From Endomicrobiales bacterium (GTDB lineage: Bacteria; Elusimicrobiota; Endomicrobiia; Endomicrobiales; JALOBY01), in contig CAWCNJ010000008.1 of NCBI GenBank assembly GCA_963796955.1, forward strand, positions 64,001-128,000: 64,000 bases of DNA. Direction: 5' to 3'. The notes under the pieces were generated by a model, which did not search any database, was not told the DNA's origin, and saw nothing but the letters and a program-made list of their open reading frames with translations. The position numbers and the translations under genes were made by a program. Shown here piece after piece: positions 38,449 through 48,665 of this stretch (the first letter of the stretch is position 1; every line of letters starts with the position of its first letter).

Positions 38449-39942
38449 ATGCTGGTAAAAAGCGATCAAGATATTATCGGCGGATATTTTCAAGACCATT
38501 CCGGCCTCAGGGGTGGCTTTGCCGATAAAGTATATATTCCTGAAAATGAATCTGAACTTTCCTCTGTCCTGAAGGAAGCCTCCAAAACAAAAACCAGTGT
38601 TACTATCAGCGGTGCCGGCACCGGCGTTACGGGCGGTCGTGTTCCATTCGGCGGCATAGTCGTCTCCCTTGAGAACCTTAACCATATCGGCGCCGTTAAA
38701 GATTTGAAAAACGGCGCCGCGACCATCACCGTCGGATCTGCCGCGCGCATCAGCGACATTAAGGCGCAGGCTGCTTCGGCAGGCTACATGTACGCTCCCG
38801 ATCCGACGGAACAGACCGCGACCATTGGCGGCAATATTGCCTCGAATGCATCAGGCAGCAGAGGTTTTAAATTCGGCCCTACCAGAAAATATACTCACTC
38901 GATGCGCGTTGTACTGGCCGACGGCGAGATCGCCGTCCTTGATAGAGGTGACCATAAAGCCGCCTCTGATAACATTCTTCGCTTTTCAACCGTTTCAGGA
39001 AAGATCGTCTCTGTTCGCCTTCCTGGTTACAAGCTACCGTCGATAAAGAATGCCGCTGGATATTATAATGAACCCGGTATGGATGCTCTTGATCTTTTTA
39101 TTGGACAAGAGGGTACCTTAGGTATCATAACCGAGGCTACCCTTGCGTTGGTACCTTTCCTGGACGCGGCATTCTCCGGTGTTGCCTTTTTCAGATCTAA
39201 GGAAGAATCCTGGAGATTTGCCAGACATATCCGTGAGCTGAGCAAAGCTGCACGCTCTTCAGGAAGGAAAGACTCGGTCGACGCCCTGACCATTGAATAT
39301 TTTGACCATTCCGCGCTTCAGCTTTTAAAGAGCGACCAAAAAGACATTCCTGACTTTGCCCACGCCGCTATATTTTTTGAGCAGGATTGCGAAGACCAAT
39401 ATCTTGAGCATGTGGTGGAACTGTGGCGTTCGATCCTGAACCAGCATGAGGTAGCGCTTGAAAACGTGTGGTTCGCTATGACGGAAAAAACAAGGGAGGC
39501 TCTGCGTGAGTTCCGCCATTTGCTGCCGGAAAAGATCAACGAGATAGTCGCCCGCAACGGCATGCCCAAGGTTGGCACGGACCTGGCTGTCCCGAAAAAT
39601 CATTTCAAGGCAATGATGAAGGCTTATGACCAGGTGCTTGGCGAAACGAATATACCTTACATGATCTTCGGCCACATAGGCGAGTGCCACATGCACGCCA
39701 ACATTCTGCCGGCCAATAAAACTGAGTACGACATTGCCCGCGCCGCCTACATCGATCTTGTCTCTCTTGCCCTGTCTTTGGGGGGGACCGTTTCAGCCGA
39801 ACACGGTATCGGCAAAACAAAACACATCTTTTTAGAGCAGATGCTGGGAAAACAAGGCATTGCCGAACTCGCCCGTGTAAAATTCGCCCTCGACCCCGCC
39901 TGGATACTTAACCCTGGTAATATGTTCAACAAACCGCTATAA
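38449..39942 (+). CDS. FAD-binding oxidoreductase (GlcD / D-lactate dehydrogenase family)
   Basis: GAGTGVTGG, PDPTE..ATIGGNIA, GQEGTLGII, GHIGECHMH, SAEHGIG, DPAWILNPG. Confidence 0.88.
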   Translation: MLVKSDQDIIGGYFQDHSGLRGGFADKVYIPENESELSSVLKEASKTKTSVTISGAGTGVTGGRVPFGGIVVSLENLNHIGAVKDLKNGAATITVGSAARISDIKAQAASAGYMYAPDPTEQTATIGGNIASNASGSRGFKFGPTRKYTHSMRVVLADGEIAVLDRGDHKAASDNILRFSTVSGKIVSVRLPGYKLPSIKNAAGYYNEPGMDALDLFIGQEGTLGIITEATLALVPFLDAAFSGVAFFRSKEESWRFARHIRELSKAARSSGRKDSVDALTIEYFDHSALQLLKSDQKDIPDFAHAAIFFEQDCEDQYLEHVVELWRSILNQHEVALENVWFAMTEKTREALREFRHLLPEKINEIVARNGMPKVGTDLAVPKNHFKAMMKAYDQVLGETNIPYMIFGHIGECHMHANILPANKTEYDIARAAYIDLVSLALSLGGTVSAEHGIGKTKHIFLEQMLGKQGIAELARVKFALDPAWILNPGNMFNKPL

Positions 39943-39961
39943 CTTTTTAAAAATTGAGTTC

Positions 39962-39990
39962 TTGACAGTTAGTTGGATTTGTTATAAAAT
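39962..39990 (+). promoter_or_regulatory. sigma70 promoter (TTGACA-N17-TAAAAT) for zapB-zapA-ssrS
   Basis: Hexamers at 39962-39967 and 39985-39990, 10 nt before ATG 40001. Confidence 0.75.
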
Positions 39991-40000
39991 TACATCAGAA

Positions 40001-40231
40001 ATGAACCATATTGAGGTTTTAGACAAGAAGATCCGGCAGGCGGCGGAACAGTTGATCACGCTGCGCAAGGACAACATAAAACTTGCGGAGAAGATCCGTT
40101 TGCTTGAAGAAGAGAATAAGGCCGTTAAGCAAATGTTCGGCACCGGCGGGGACGCCTGGAAGCATGAGAAAAGGGCGCTCGCCGATAAAGTGGAAAAACT
40201 GGTTAAGCGATTGAACTCACTGAAAATATAA
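40001..40231 (+). CDS. Small coiled-coil protein, ZapB-like
   Basis: LDKKIRQAAEQLITLRKDNIKL heptads; directly upstream of zapA. Confidence 0.65.
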   Translation: MNHIEVLDKKIRQAAEQLITLRKDNIKLAEKIRLLEEENKAVKQMFGTGGDAWKHEKRALADKVEKLVKRLNSLKI

Positions 40232-40515
40232 TGAAAAATATATCTATCAAGATCCTCGGCTACCCCATAGAAACAGAGATCGAAGCCGGTGAGGAAAATT
40301 TAGTCAAATCCATTGCAGAATACGTTGAACAGAAGTTGCTGGAAATTCAACGCGACACCGGCATCGTAGACACGCAGAAACTGGCGATCATGGCCACTTT
40401 TCATATCGCCGATGAGTTGCTTAGATTAAAAAACTCCAAAGAAAATGTTTCAGGAATAACGGACAAACGCACGCAAGAGCTGATCGGTGTGCTGGATCAG
40501 GCTATCTCTGCCTGA
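40231..40515 (+). CDS. zapA: Cell division protein ZapA
   Basis: ISIKILG...IAEYVEQKL...KLAIMATFHIADEL. Confidence 0.88.
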   Translation: MKNISIKILGYPIETEIEAGEENLVKSIAEYVEQKLLEIQRDTGIVDTQKLAIMATFHIADELLRLKNSKENVSGITDKRTQELIGVLDQAISA

Positions 40516-40539
40516 AGTCTGTCTTCCTGAGTAGATTTT

Positions 40540-40682
40540 CCCTGCGTTGTTGGTGTTACCTGAATTGTTTGATCCTACAAGTTCGCTAAAGGGAATTCAA
40601 TGTCGCCCGGCACATACGTGCTGGCTTCGAATACCCACTCATTTAACGGGCTTCAAACGTTCATGTACACGGCACCGCGGGG
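40540..40682 (+). ncRNA. ssrS: 6S RNA
   Basis: Conserved position after zapA; ends pair (CCCTGCG.TGTTGGTGT / ACACGGCACCGCGGGG); central TGATCC..AAGGGA / TACCCAC..GGGCTTCAA bubble; T run follows. Confidence 0.75.
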
Positions 40683-40690
40683 TTTTTTTA

Positions 40691-40854
40691 TAAACCCAGA
40701 CTTTGCATTAGGTTTGTGCACAGAGACAGAAAAGCTCGAAGTATTTTTGCAAAAAAATTTGCGAGAATGCTTATTGCATTTGAGCGAATTTTTATACGAA
40801 AAGACAAAGAGATTTTATGGCGAATGCCAAATACTAGTGCAAATTCTGGGTTTA
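40691..40854. mobile_element. MITE-like element, 164 bp, 21-bp terminal inverted repeats
   Basis: TAAACCCAGACTTTGCATTAG (40691-40711) versus reverse complement of 40834-40854 TAAACCCAGAATTTGCACTAG, 19/21 match; non-coding AT-rich interior. Confidence 0.7.
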
Positions 40855-40856
40855 AT

Positions 40857-42200
40857 ATGGAACAAACGGACTTTTTAAAAAGCAGGGCGGAAAATCCGGC
40901 GCTTGCGCCGCTTGCACGGCGTATGTCGCCGCAGACGCTGGAAGAATATGCCGGCCAGGAACACATTCTTGGGACCGGAAAACTGCTGCGCAGAACCATA
41001 GAGGCAGACCGGCTGAATTCGGTTATATTTTACGGGCCCCCGGGAACGGGAAAAAGCGCATTAGCGCGGATCATAGCACGTACCACACGGTCGCACTTTG
41101 TTGAGACTAACGCGGTAACGATCGGTATCGAGGACGTAAGGCGCATCATTAAAGAAGCGACGGCGCGCCTGGAAACCGAAGGTAAAAAGACGACGCTGCT
41201 GCTCGACGAGATACACCATTTTAATAAAACCCAGCAGGACGCGCTTTTGCCGCACGTGGAACGCGGGCTGATAACGCTTATCGGTATAACTACCGAGAAC
41301 CCGTTCTTTTATGTGAACGCGGCATTGATATCGCGCTCCACGCTGTTCGAATTTAAGGCGCTCGACCAGAAAAATCTTGAAGGAATAATCGATCGGGCTT
41401 TGACCGATGAGAAGCTGGGTCTGGGCAACCAGAAAGTCGAGATCACAAAAGAAGCGAAAGAACATTTGCTGAAGAATGCCGGTGGCGACGGAAGACGATT
41501 GCTGAATGCGCTTGAAGTAGGCGCGCTTTCAACACCCCGGTCAAAAGACGGGATCGTTCATTTTACTCTCGAAGTTGCTGAGGAGTCCCTGCAGCGTCGC
41601 GCTTTGCTGTATGATAAATCCAGCGATGAGCATTACGACCACGCCTCGGCTTTTATAAAGTCTATGCGTGGTTCCGACCCTGATGCCGCGCTGTATTGGA
41701 TGGCAAAGATGCTGGCAGCCGGAGAGGATCCGCGGTTCATTGCGCGCCGCATCGTTATCTGTGCCAGTGAAGACGTCGGTAACGCCGATCCGCACGCGTT
41801 GATGCTGGCGGTAGCCGCGTTGAACGCCGTTGAGTTCGTAGGGATGCCCGAGGCCAGGATAGTTCTGGGGCAGATAGTAACCTACATCTCCGGTGCTCCA
41901 AAATCGAATGCTGCGTATCTGGGGATAGATAAGGCAATGAGCGAAGTACATAACGGACCGGCACGCCCGGTCCCGTTGCATTTGCGTGATGCTAGCATGG
42001 ACGGTAAAGCCAGGGGACACGGGAAAGGCTATAAATATCCGCACGATTTTCCAGGACACTACACGCAGCAGGTTTATTGGCCGGACCCGGTAACGCTATA
42101 TGAGCCAACGGAGCAGGGGTATGAAGCAAAAATACGCGAGCGACTCAATGCAAGAGGCAAAACAGTTGCTGCGAAAACAGAAACGGCAAAAAAGGGATAA
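40857..42200 (+). CDS. rarA: Replication-associated recombination protein A (MgsA/RarA AAA+ ATPase)
   Basis: PLARRMSP, GPPGTGKS, DEIHHFNKTQQD, TTENP, SAFIKSMRGSDPDAA; ATG at 40857. Confidence 0.95.
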   Translation: MEQTDFLKSRAENPALAPLARRMSPQTLEEYAGQEHILGTGKLLRRTIEADRLNSVIFYGPPGTGKSALARIIARTTRSHFVETNAVTIGIEDVRRIIKEATARLETEGKKTTLLLDEIHHFNKTQQDALLPHVERGLITLIGITTENPFFYVNAALISRSTLFEFKALDQKNLEGIIDRALTDEKLGLGNQKVEITKEAKEHLLKNAGGDGRRLLNALEVGALSTPRSKDGIVHFTLEVAEESLQRRALLYDKSSDEHYDHASAFIKSMRGSDPDAALYWMAKMLAAGEDPRFIARRIVICASEDVGNADPHALMLAVAALNAVEFVGMPEARIVLGQIVTYISGAPKSNAAYLGIDKAMSEVHNGPARPVPLHLRDASMDGKARGHGKGYKYPHDFPGHYTQQVYWPDPVTLYEPTEQGYEAKIRERLNARGKTVAAKTETAKKG

Positions 42201-42762
42201 CCTTTGTAAGGCGCTCAGAACACGTTGCAGCAAAAGGATATTTCACCGCCTTATAAAGTTGAAGGAATATAAAGACGCAAGAACGGTAATGTTTTACCTG
42301 ACGTACGGTTCTGAAGTCATGACGGAGCAAATGATAGAAGCCGCGTTGAATGCCGGTAAAAAAGTGGTCCTGCCGGTCGTAAAAGGGCCCGGGAAGATGT
42401 GTGCGGCTCGCATAAGAGAACTGGACAGTTGTGTGCGTAAGTCTGTCCTTGGGACAATGGAGCCGGACATGACCAAGGGAAAGTGCCCGCGGGTTGCACC
42501 GGCAAAGATAGATCTGGTGATAGTACCCGGAGTAAGTTTCAGCAAAGCCGGTTGCCGGCTGGGTTATGGAAAAGGTTTTTATGACAAATGGCTTTCACAA
42601 TTCGATGCTGGAAAGCGGGTCGGGATCGCATTCAGTTGTCAGCTTTCAAAAGAAGTGCCTTTAGAGCCGCACGATGAACGCGTTGGTGTCGTGATAACAG
42701 AGAAAGAAACGATCCGTATCGATCAGTACATAATGCAAAAGGGAGTAACTGGAAATGCTTGA
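42148..42762 (+). CDS. 5-formyltetrahydrofolate cyclo-ligase
   Basis: K..LRK N-terminus, [13 protein letters not shown]...[14 protein letters not shown]; start uncertain, overlaps the rarA 3' end. Confidence 0.9.
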   Translation: MQEAKQLLRKQKRQKRDNLCKALRTRCSKRIFHRLIKLKEYKDARTVMFYLTYGSEVMTEQMIEAALNAGKKVVLPVVKGPGKMCAARIRELDSCVRKSVLGTMEPDMTKGKCPRVAPAKIDLVIVPGVSFSKAGCRLGYGKGFYDKWLSQFDAGKRVGIAFSCQLSKEVPLEPHDERVGVVITEKETIRIDQYIMQKGVTGNA

Positions 42763-44314
42763 AATCATTATCACCGCAATTGTCGCATTGCTTGTGGGCA
42801 TCGGGGCAGGTTATATTATCCGCTCGATGTACGCGAAATACCAGGTAAAGACCGCAGAGAACGTTGCCGAGAAGTTGTTGTCTGACGCGAAGAACCAGGC
42901 GGAGGCGAAGAAAAGGGAAGGGCTGCTTGAAGTAAAAGAAACGATGGAAAAGGAGCGCCGCGAGTTTGAAAAAGAGACGCGCGAACGACGCCTTGAATTG
43001 CAAAACTTTGAACGCCGGCTGAACCAGCGCGAAGAAACCCTGGACCGCCGGCTTGAAGGCCTTGATAAAAAAGACCGCGACCTGCAGCAATCGCAGAAGA
43101 ACATAGCCGCCAAAGAGGCCGACCTTACCGCCAAACTGACCGAGGTGCAGTCTGCCCGTGAAGAGCAGCGCAAACTGCTGGAACGTATTTCAGGGATATC
43201 CGGTGAAGAGGCTAAAAAATTATTGTTGCAGTCGTACGAAGATGACGCCCGCCGAGACGGCGCTCTGCTTGCCAAACGCATTGAACAGGAAGCTAAAGAG
43301 AACGCCGAACGAAAGGCTAAAGAAGTTCTTGCCGTTGCCATCCAACGTGTGGCCGCCGAGCATACCGCCGATGTGACCGTCTCGACGGTGCCTATCACAA
43401 ACGATGAAATGAAAGGCCGCATAATCGGACGCGAAGGCCGCAACATACGCGCCTTTGAACAAGCGACCGGTGTTGACCTTATCATCGACGATACCCCCGA
43501 GGCTCTGACTATTTCTGCTTTTGACGGCGTCCGCCGCGAAGTGGCCCGTATCTCCCTTGAACGTCTTATTGCCGACGGCAGGATACACCCTGCCCGCATT
43601 GAAGAGGTCGTGACCAAAGTGCAGAAAGAAATGGAAAACACGCTTAAGGAAGTCGGAGAACAGGCAGCGCTTGAAGCAGGCGTGCCGGGCCTTAACCCTG
43701 AAATACTACGCCTTCTCGGTAAACTTAAGTTCCGTACGTCATACGGCCAGAACCAGCTGCAGCATACGCTTGAGGTTACCTGGCTCGCCGGGACGCTAGC
43801 CGGCGAGATGGGCGCCGACATCGCGTTCTCCAAACGAGCGGCCCTTATGCACGACGTAGGTAAAGCCGTTGACCACGATATGGAAGGTACACATCATCAG
43901 ATATCGGCGGACATGGCTAAGAAATTCGGCGAATCACCGAAGATGATCAATGCGATCCTTGCCCACCACGAAGGCGTGGCGGTGCCGGAAAGCGTGGAAG
44001 CCTTTATAGTCGCTGCCGCCGACGCGATATCCGCCGCACGCCCCGGCGCGCGCAGAGAATCAATGGAGCATTACCTTAAACGTATTGAGAAACTGGAAAA
44101 AGTTGCCACGGGGTTCCGGGGCGTTTCTTCGGCGTATGCCATTCAGGCGGGCCGCGAAGTGCGCATTCTGGTTGAACCCGACGATATAAATGATGCTCAG
44201 GCGCAAATACTGGCGAAAGATATCGCGCGCAAGGTTGAGCAGGAACTTGAATATCCCGGTCAGATAAAAATAACGGTTATTCGTGAGACTCGCGCCCAGG
44301 ATGTGGCAAAATAA
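42755..44314 (+). CDS. rny: Ribonuclease Y
   Basis: N-terminal TM + coiled coil, KH ([14 protein letters not shown]), HD (HDVGKA), [12 protein letters not shown]. Confidence 0.98.
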   Translation: MLEIIITAIVALLVGIGAGYIIRSMYAKYQVKTAENVAEKLLSDAKNQAEAKKREGLLEVKETMEKERREFEKETRERRLELQNFERRLNQREETLDRRLEGLDKKDRDLQQSQKNIAAKEADLTAKLTEVQSAREEQRKLLERISGISGEEAKKLLLQSYEDDARRDGALLAKRIEQEAKENAERKAKEVLAVAIQRVAAEHTADVTVSTVPITNDEMKGRIIGREGRNIRAFEQATGVDLIIDDTPEALTISAFDGVRREVARISLERLIADGRIHPARIEEVVTKVQKEMENTLKEVGEQAALEAGVPGLNPEILRLLGKLKFRTSYGQNQLQHTLEVTWLAGTLAGEMGADIAFSKRAALMHDVGKAVDHDMEGTHHQISADMAKKFGESPKMINAILAHHEGVAVPESVEAFIVAAADAISAARPGARRESMEHYLKRIEKLEKVATGFRGVSSAYAIQAGREVRILVEPDDINDAQAQILAKDIARKVEQELEYPGQIKITVIRETRAQDVAK

Positions 44315-44318
44315 TTTA

Positions 44319-45587
44319 ATGGAACGAACGGCAGAAAATATTCCCGGAAGGAAGGTCTATTCTGTCGGCGAACTGAACCGGGAGATAAAGGTTATACTTA
44401 ACGACGTATACCCGGATGTCTGGGTGAAGGGTGAGGTCTCGAACTTCAAAACCTATCCTTCAGGCCACCTGTACTTTTCCCTGAAGGACGCCGAAGGCCA
44501 GATATCGGCCGTGATCTTCAGCGGCGCCAGACGATTTAAACTGGAAGACGGACTTTGCGTTATCGCCCACGGCAAGATAGATGTATATCCGCCGAGGGGA
44601 AATTACCAGTTCATTATCTCGGAGATAGAGCCCGCGGGTAAAGGCGCTCTGCAGCTCGCCTTTGAGCAGCTGAAGGCGAAGCTTGAAAACGAAGGTTTGT
44701 TCGCGGCTGAGCGCAAACGCCCGATACCGGCATTCGTTCAAAGGATCGGCATCGTAACATCCCGCACCGGCGCCGCGCTGCATGATATTTTAACGGTGAT
44801 AGAGCGGCGCTTCGCTAATGTTCAGATACTGATCTATCCGGTGCGCGTGCAGGGTGATGAAGCAAAATATGAAATCGTTGAGGCCATTGAATACCTTAAC
44901 CGGTCTCACCCGGAACTTGAAGTCCTTCTGGTAGGCAGAGGCGGCGGCTCTTACGAAGACCTCTGGGCCTTCAATGAAGAAATGGTCGCGAGGGCTATCA
45001 GCTCATCAACGATCCCGGTTATTTCGTGCGTCGGCCATGAAGTTGATTTCACCATCGCCGATTTCGTCGCCGACCTTCGGGCTCCTACGCCTTCAGCCGC
45101 GGCAGAGTTGGTAGTAAAGAACAAAGCCGATGTATCCCGTCATCTTGAGCAGCTTTCCGGGCGGCTGAACTTGGCCTGGAGCAGTGTTTACAATGATCGT
45201 ACACGTCGCCTGCAAAATTCTGCCACAAGCCGCGCGATGTCCAGGCCTCAGGAGATATTCGAAGAGCGCATGCAGCAGCTGGATCACGTTATGCAAAACA
45301 TGATCAGCCGGCAAAATATGCTTGTTGAACGTGGAACTCATCGCTTGAGCCTTTTCTCTTCGCAGCTCGACATTCTTTCGCCGCTGTCTACGGTAAAGCG
45401 CGGTTATGCAGTTTGCAGAGATCAAAATAACAGTATTGTTACTTCGACGCGGCAGCTGCATACAGGCTCGATAGTGTCACTCGGATTCAAAGAGGGGAAG
45501 GCCTCAGCGACTATTGAAACCTTGGATCATAACGGGAGTATTTCCGCCCCCGCCGAAGAACATACCCGACAAATGTCGGGGGATTAG
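44319..45587 (+). CDS. xseA: Exodeoxyribonuclease VII large subunit
   Basis: GEVSNF..SGHLYFSLKD, RGGGSYEDLWAFNEE, GHEVDFTIADFVAD.RAPTPSAAAE. Confidence 0.97.
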   Translation: MERTAENIPGRKVYSVGELNREIKVILNDVYPDVWVKGEVSNFKTYPSGHLYFSLKDAEGQISAVIFSGARRFKLEDGLCVIAHGKIDVYPPRGNYQFIISEIEPAGKGALQLAFEQLKAKLENEGLFAAERKRPIPAFVQRIGIVTSRTGAALHDILTVIERRFANVQILIYPVRVQGDEAKYEIVEAIEYLNRSHPELEVLLVGRGGGSYEDLWAFNEEMVARAISSSTIPVISCVGHEVDFTIADFVADLRAPTPSAAAELVVKNKADVSRHLEQLSGRLNLAWSSVYNDRTRRLQNSATSRAMSRPQEIFEERMQQLDHVMQNMISRQNMLVERGTHRLSLFSSQLDILSPLSTVKRGYAVCRDQNNSIVTSTRQLHTGSIVSLGFKEGKASATIETLDHNGSISAPAEEHTRQMSGD

Positions 45588-45660
45588 AGACGTTCCCGCA
45601 CGGCGCGGGGATGCGTATACAAATATTTAGGAGCCTTCGGCTCCGGACGGGAGGTGCTCC

Positions 45661-45909
45661 ATGAAAAAGAAAATTAATTTTGAAGAATCGCTCGCAAGGC
45701 TTGAGGAGATAGTTTCTCTTATGGAAAGATCTGACCTCGACCTTGAAAAGTCTTTGTCGTTATTCGAAGAAGGAATAAAACTGGTCCACTTCTGCAGTTC
45801 TAAGCTCAATGAAACGAAGAAAAAGATTGAGATATTGGTAAAAGAATCCGGGAAAATATCCGCAGAGCCATTTGAGACCAAGGAAGATGACGATGAAGCA
45901 GGCCGCTGA
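45661..45909 (+). CDS. xseB: Exodeoxyribonuclease VII small subunit
   Basis: FEESLARLEEIV..ME...LEKSLSLFEEG. Confidence 0.95.
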   Translation: MKKKINFEESLARLEEIVSLMERSDLDLEKSLSLFEEGIKLVHFCSSKLNETKKKIEILVKESGKISAEPFETKEDDDEAGR

Positions 45910-46804
45910 CGGTTTTCTGCGATATCTTGAGGATTGCACAAATTTGATAAACGCCCGGTTGAAGTCGTATGTCTCGGCGAATAGGTCGCCTCTTTCGAAG
46001 GCGATGTCCTATTCCCTTCTTGCGGGGGGCAAACGCCTGCGGCCGATGCTGGTGCTGGAGGCGGCGCGCCTGTGCGGTGGAAAGAAAGCCGATGTTCAGC
46101 CTGCCGCGCTGGCCCTTGAATTCATCCATACCTATTCATTAATTCACGACGACCTGCCCGCGATGGATAACGACGACCTGCGCCGCGGTAAACCGACCTC
46201 ACATAAAAAATTCGATGAATCTACGGCGATCCTGGCGGGTGATGCGTTGTTGACCGATGCCTTTGCCCTGGTTGCCACATGTGCCCGCTCCAAGCGGGTT
46301 AAGGCAGGGGATGTGGTGAAAGCGATCGAGGTCTTATCGCTATTTTCAGGCAGTAACGGCATGGTGGGCGGCCAGATGCAAGACACCGCCGAGACCGGAA
46401 GCTGGACAAAAAAATCCCGTAAACGCAACGCAGATAACTTGAATTATATCCATTTGAATAAGACGGCGGCCTTGCTGCGGGCCAGTCTGCAGGTGGGCGC
46501 GTTGATCTCAGGAGCGGATACAAGACAGGTCAAGGCTCTGGATGAATACGGAAAGCATATCGGTATTGCCTTTCAGATTGCCGATGATATCCTCGATGTG
46601 ACCGGCGATAAAAAACTTCTCGGCAAGAAGGGCAGCGACAGGGAAAATAACAAACTTACCTACGTCTCATTGTTCGGTCTGGAAAAAGCGCGTACCGACG
46701 CCGCCGGGCATATATGCCGTGCAAAAAGTGCGCTTCGTGCCTTCGGCAATGAAAAAATAATTCTTGAACAACTAGCAGATTATATAATCAACCGCGACCA
46801 TTAA
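45893..46804 (+). CDS. ispA: Polyprenyl (farnesyl/geranyl) diphosphate synthase
   Basis: GGKRLRP, SLIHDDLPAMDNDDLRRG, FQIADDILD; start 45887 or 45893. Confidence 0.92.
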   Translation: MKQAADGFLRYLEDCTNLINARLKSYVSANRSPLSKAMSYSLLAGGKRLRPMLVLEAARLCGGKKADVQPAALALEFIHTYSLIHDDLPAMDNDDLRRGKPTSHKKFDESTAILAGDALLTDAFALVATCARSKRVKAGDVVKAIEVLSLFSGSNGMVGGQMQDTAETGSWTKKSRKRNADNLNYIHLNKTAALLRASLQVGALISGADTRQVKALDEYGKHIGIAFQIADDILDVTGDKKLLGKKGSDRENNKLTYVSLFGLEKARTDAAGHICRAKSALRAFGNEKIILEQLADYIINRDH

Positions 46805-46817
46805 ACAAAGGCGAACT

Positions 46818-48665
46818 ATGGCAACTATACTTGACAAGATCAACGCTCCACAGGACTTGCGCATCATTAAGAAGGAACTCCTCGGCCAATTGTCCCAGGA
46901 GATCCGTGAAGAGATCATACAGACCGTTTCTCAGACCGGCGGACACCTTGCCTCTTCTCTTGGGGCCGTTGAAATAGCGGTCGCGCTGCATTACGTTTAC
47001 AATTCACCGACCGATAAAATTATCTGGGATGTGGGCCATCAGGCGTACGCGCACAAGCTGCTGACCGGACGGCGTAATACGTTCAAGACACAGCGTACGT
47101 TCGGCGGCTTAAGCGGCTTTCCGAAAAGAACTGAATCGGAACACGATGTGTTCGGTACCGGCCATTCCTCTACTTCTATTTCTGCAGCGCTTGGCATGGC
47201 TGCGGCCCGCGATATGAAAGGCGGCGATAATAAAGTCGTGGCGGTCATCGGCGACGGCTCTATGACCAGCGGTTTATCTTTTGAAGGAATGCAGAACGTC
47301 GGACATCTCGGTTCGGACATGCTGGTGGTGCTTAACGACAATGAAATGTTCATTTCGCACCGGGTCGGGGCGCTGGCGGCGTATTTTGCAAAACTTACCA
47401 CCGGCGGTCTCTTCAAGAACTTCGAGCATCGCGTTGAAGATTTTTTCAAGCGGATGCATTTTTGGGGATCGCAGCTGCTGCGCGTGGCGAAACGTTTTAA
47501 GGTGCTGTTGTTCCCGGGCATGCTCTTTGAAGAAATGGGCTTTTCTTATCTCGGTCCTGTCGACGGGCACGATGTGCACGCATTGATCGAAATACTCTCT
47601 AATGTTAAGAAGTTGAAGGGCCCCGTGCTTTTGCACGTTATCACAAAAAAAGGCAAGGGTTACAAACCCGCCGAGAGCGAACCCACAAAATTCCACGGTG
47701 TAGGGCGATTCAACATAATAACCGGTGAACCTGAGGCAGGCAAAGGCGGAGGTTTCACAAAGGTGTTCGGCTCTACATTGCAGCGCCTTGCCAGAGCTGA
47801 TGAACGGATCGTGGCCGTTACCGCCGCAATGTCCGAAGGCACCGGCCTGGCCGATTTTGCGAAAGAATTCCCGAAGCGTACGTTCGATGTCGGCATCGCC
47901 GAAGGACATGCCCTGACCTTCGCGGCAGGTCTTGCAGCCGACGGTATTAAGCCGGTCGTTGCTATTTATTCAACGTTCCTGCAGCGCAGCGTTGATCAGA
48001 TCATACACGATATCGCTTTGCAAAAACTACCGGTCATAATGGCTATAGACCGCGCCGGCCTTGTGGGCGAGGACGGGGCGACGCATCACGGTGCTTTTGA
48101 CCTCTCCTATTTGCGCTATGTTCCGGATCTTGCGATAATGGCGCCTGCAGATGAAAATGAATTACAGCACATGTTATTTACCGCGGTCGGGCTGAATGTG
48201 CCGGTCGCTATCCGTTATCCCAGGGGCACATCGGGATCGGTAACTCCCATGGACAAAGAGCTCAAAGCGCTGCCGTTGGGAAGGGCCGAAGTTAAAGTTG
48301 AAGGTAAGGACCTGTATATTCTTGCGATAGGTTCAACCGTTGTTCCGTGTGTCGAGGCCGCCGCGCTGCTTAAGAATAAAGGTATTTCAGCGGGTGTCGT
48401 GAATATGCGCTTTGCAAAACCTCTGGACGTACCGCTGATACAGAAACTTGCCAGGGAGACCGGAAAACTGGTCGTCGTAGAGGAAAATTCTATCATCGGC
48501 GGCCTTTACGGCGCTGTTTGCGAACAAGTTGCCGGCGGCAATACCGCGGTGCTTCCGATAGCGCTGCCGGACCAGTTCGTGGAGCATGGCGCGCAAACCT
48601 TGCTGCGTGACAAATACGGCCTCACGGCTGAGAAGATCGCCTTCGCTGTAGAAAACTGGAAATGA
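46818..48665 (+). CDS. dxs: 1-deoxy-D-xylulose-5-phosphate synthase
   Basis: GGHLASSLG, WDVGHQAY, GHSSTS, GDGSMT..LNDN, DRAGLVGEDGATH. Confidence 0.98.
   Translation: MATILDKINAPQDLRIIKKELLGQLSQEIREEIIQTVSQTGGHLASSLGAVEIAVALHYVYNSPTDKIIWDVGHQAYAHKLLTGRRNTFKTQRTFGGLSGFPKRTESEHDVFGTGHSSTSISAALGMAAARDMKGGDNKVVAVIGDGSMTSGLSFEGMQNVGHLGSDMLVVLNDNEMFISHRVGALAAYFAKLTTGGLFKNFEHRVEDFFKRMHFWGSQLLRVAKRFKVLLFPGMLFEEMGFSYLGPVDGHDVHALIEILSNVKKLKGPVLLHVITKKGKGYKPAESEPTKFHGVGRFNIITGEPEAGKGGGFTKVFGSTLQRLARADERIVAVTAAMSEGTGLADFAKEFPKRTFDVGIAEGHALTFAAGLAADGIKPVVAIYSTFLQRSVDQIIHDIALQKLPVIMAIDRAGLVGEDGATHHGAFDLSYLRYVPDLAIMAPADENELQHMLFTAVGLNVPVAIRYPRGTSGSVTPMDKELKALPLGRAEVKVEGKDLYILAIGSTVVPCVEAAALLKNKGISAGVVNMRFAKPLDVPLIQKLARETGKLVVVEENSIIGGLYGAVCEQVAGGNTAVLPIALPDQFVEHGAQTLLRDKYGLTAEKIAFAVENWK

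Noticed and set aside
40600..40999. ORFs 40600..40878 (+), 40688..40999 (-) and the 47-aa N-terminal extension of rarA
   Set aside because: They overlap the 6S RNA and the MITE-like element; RarA homology starts at ATG 40857.
42811..43833. 340-aa ORF on the minus strand
   Set aside because: Entirely antisense to rny; Ser/Arg-rich shadow of biased codon usage with no recognisable motif.
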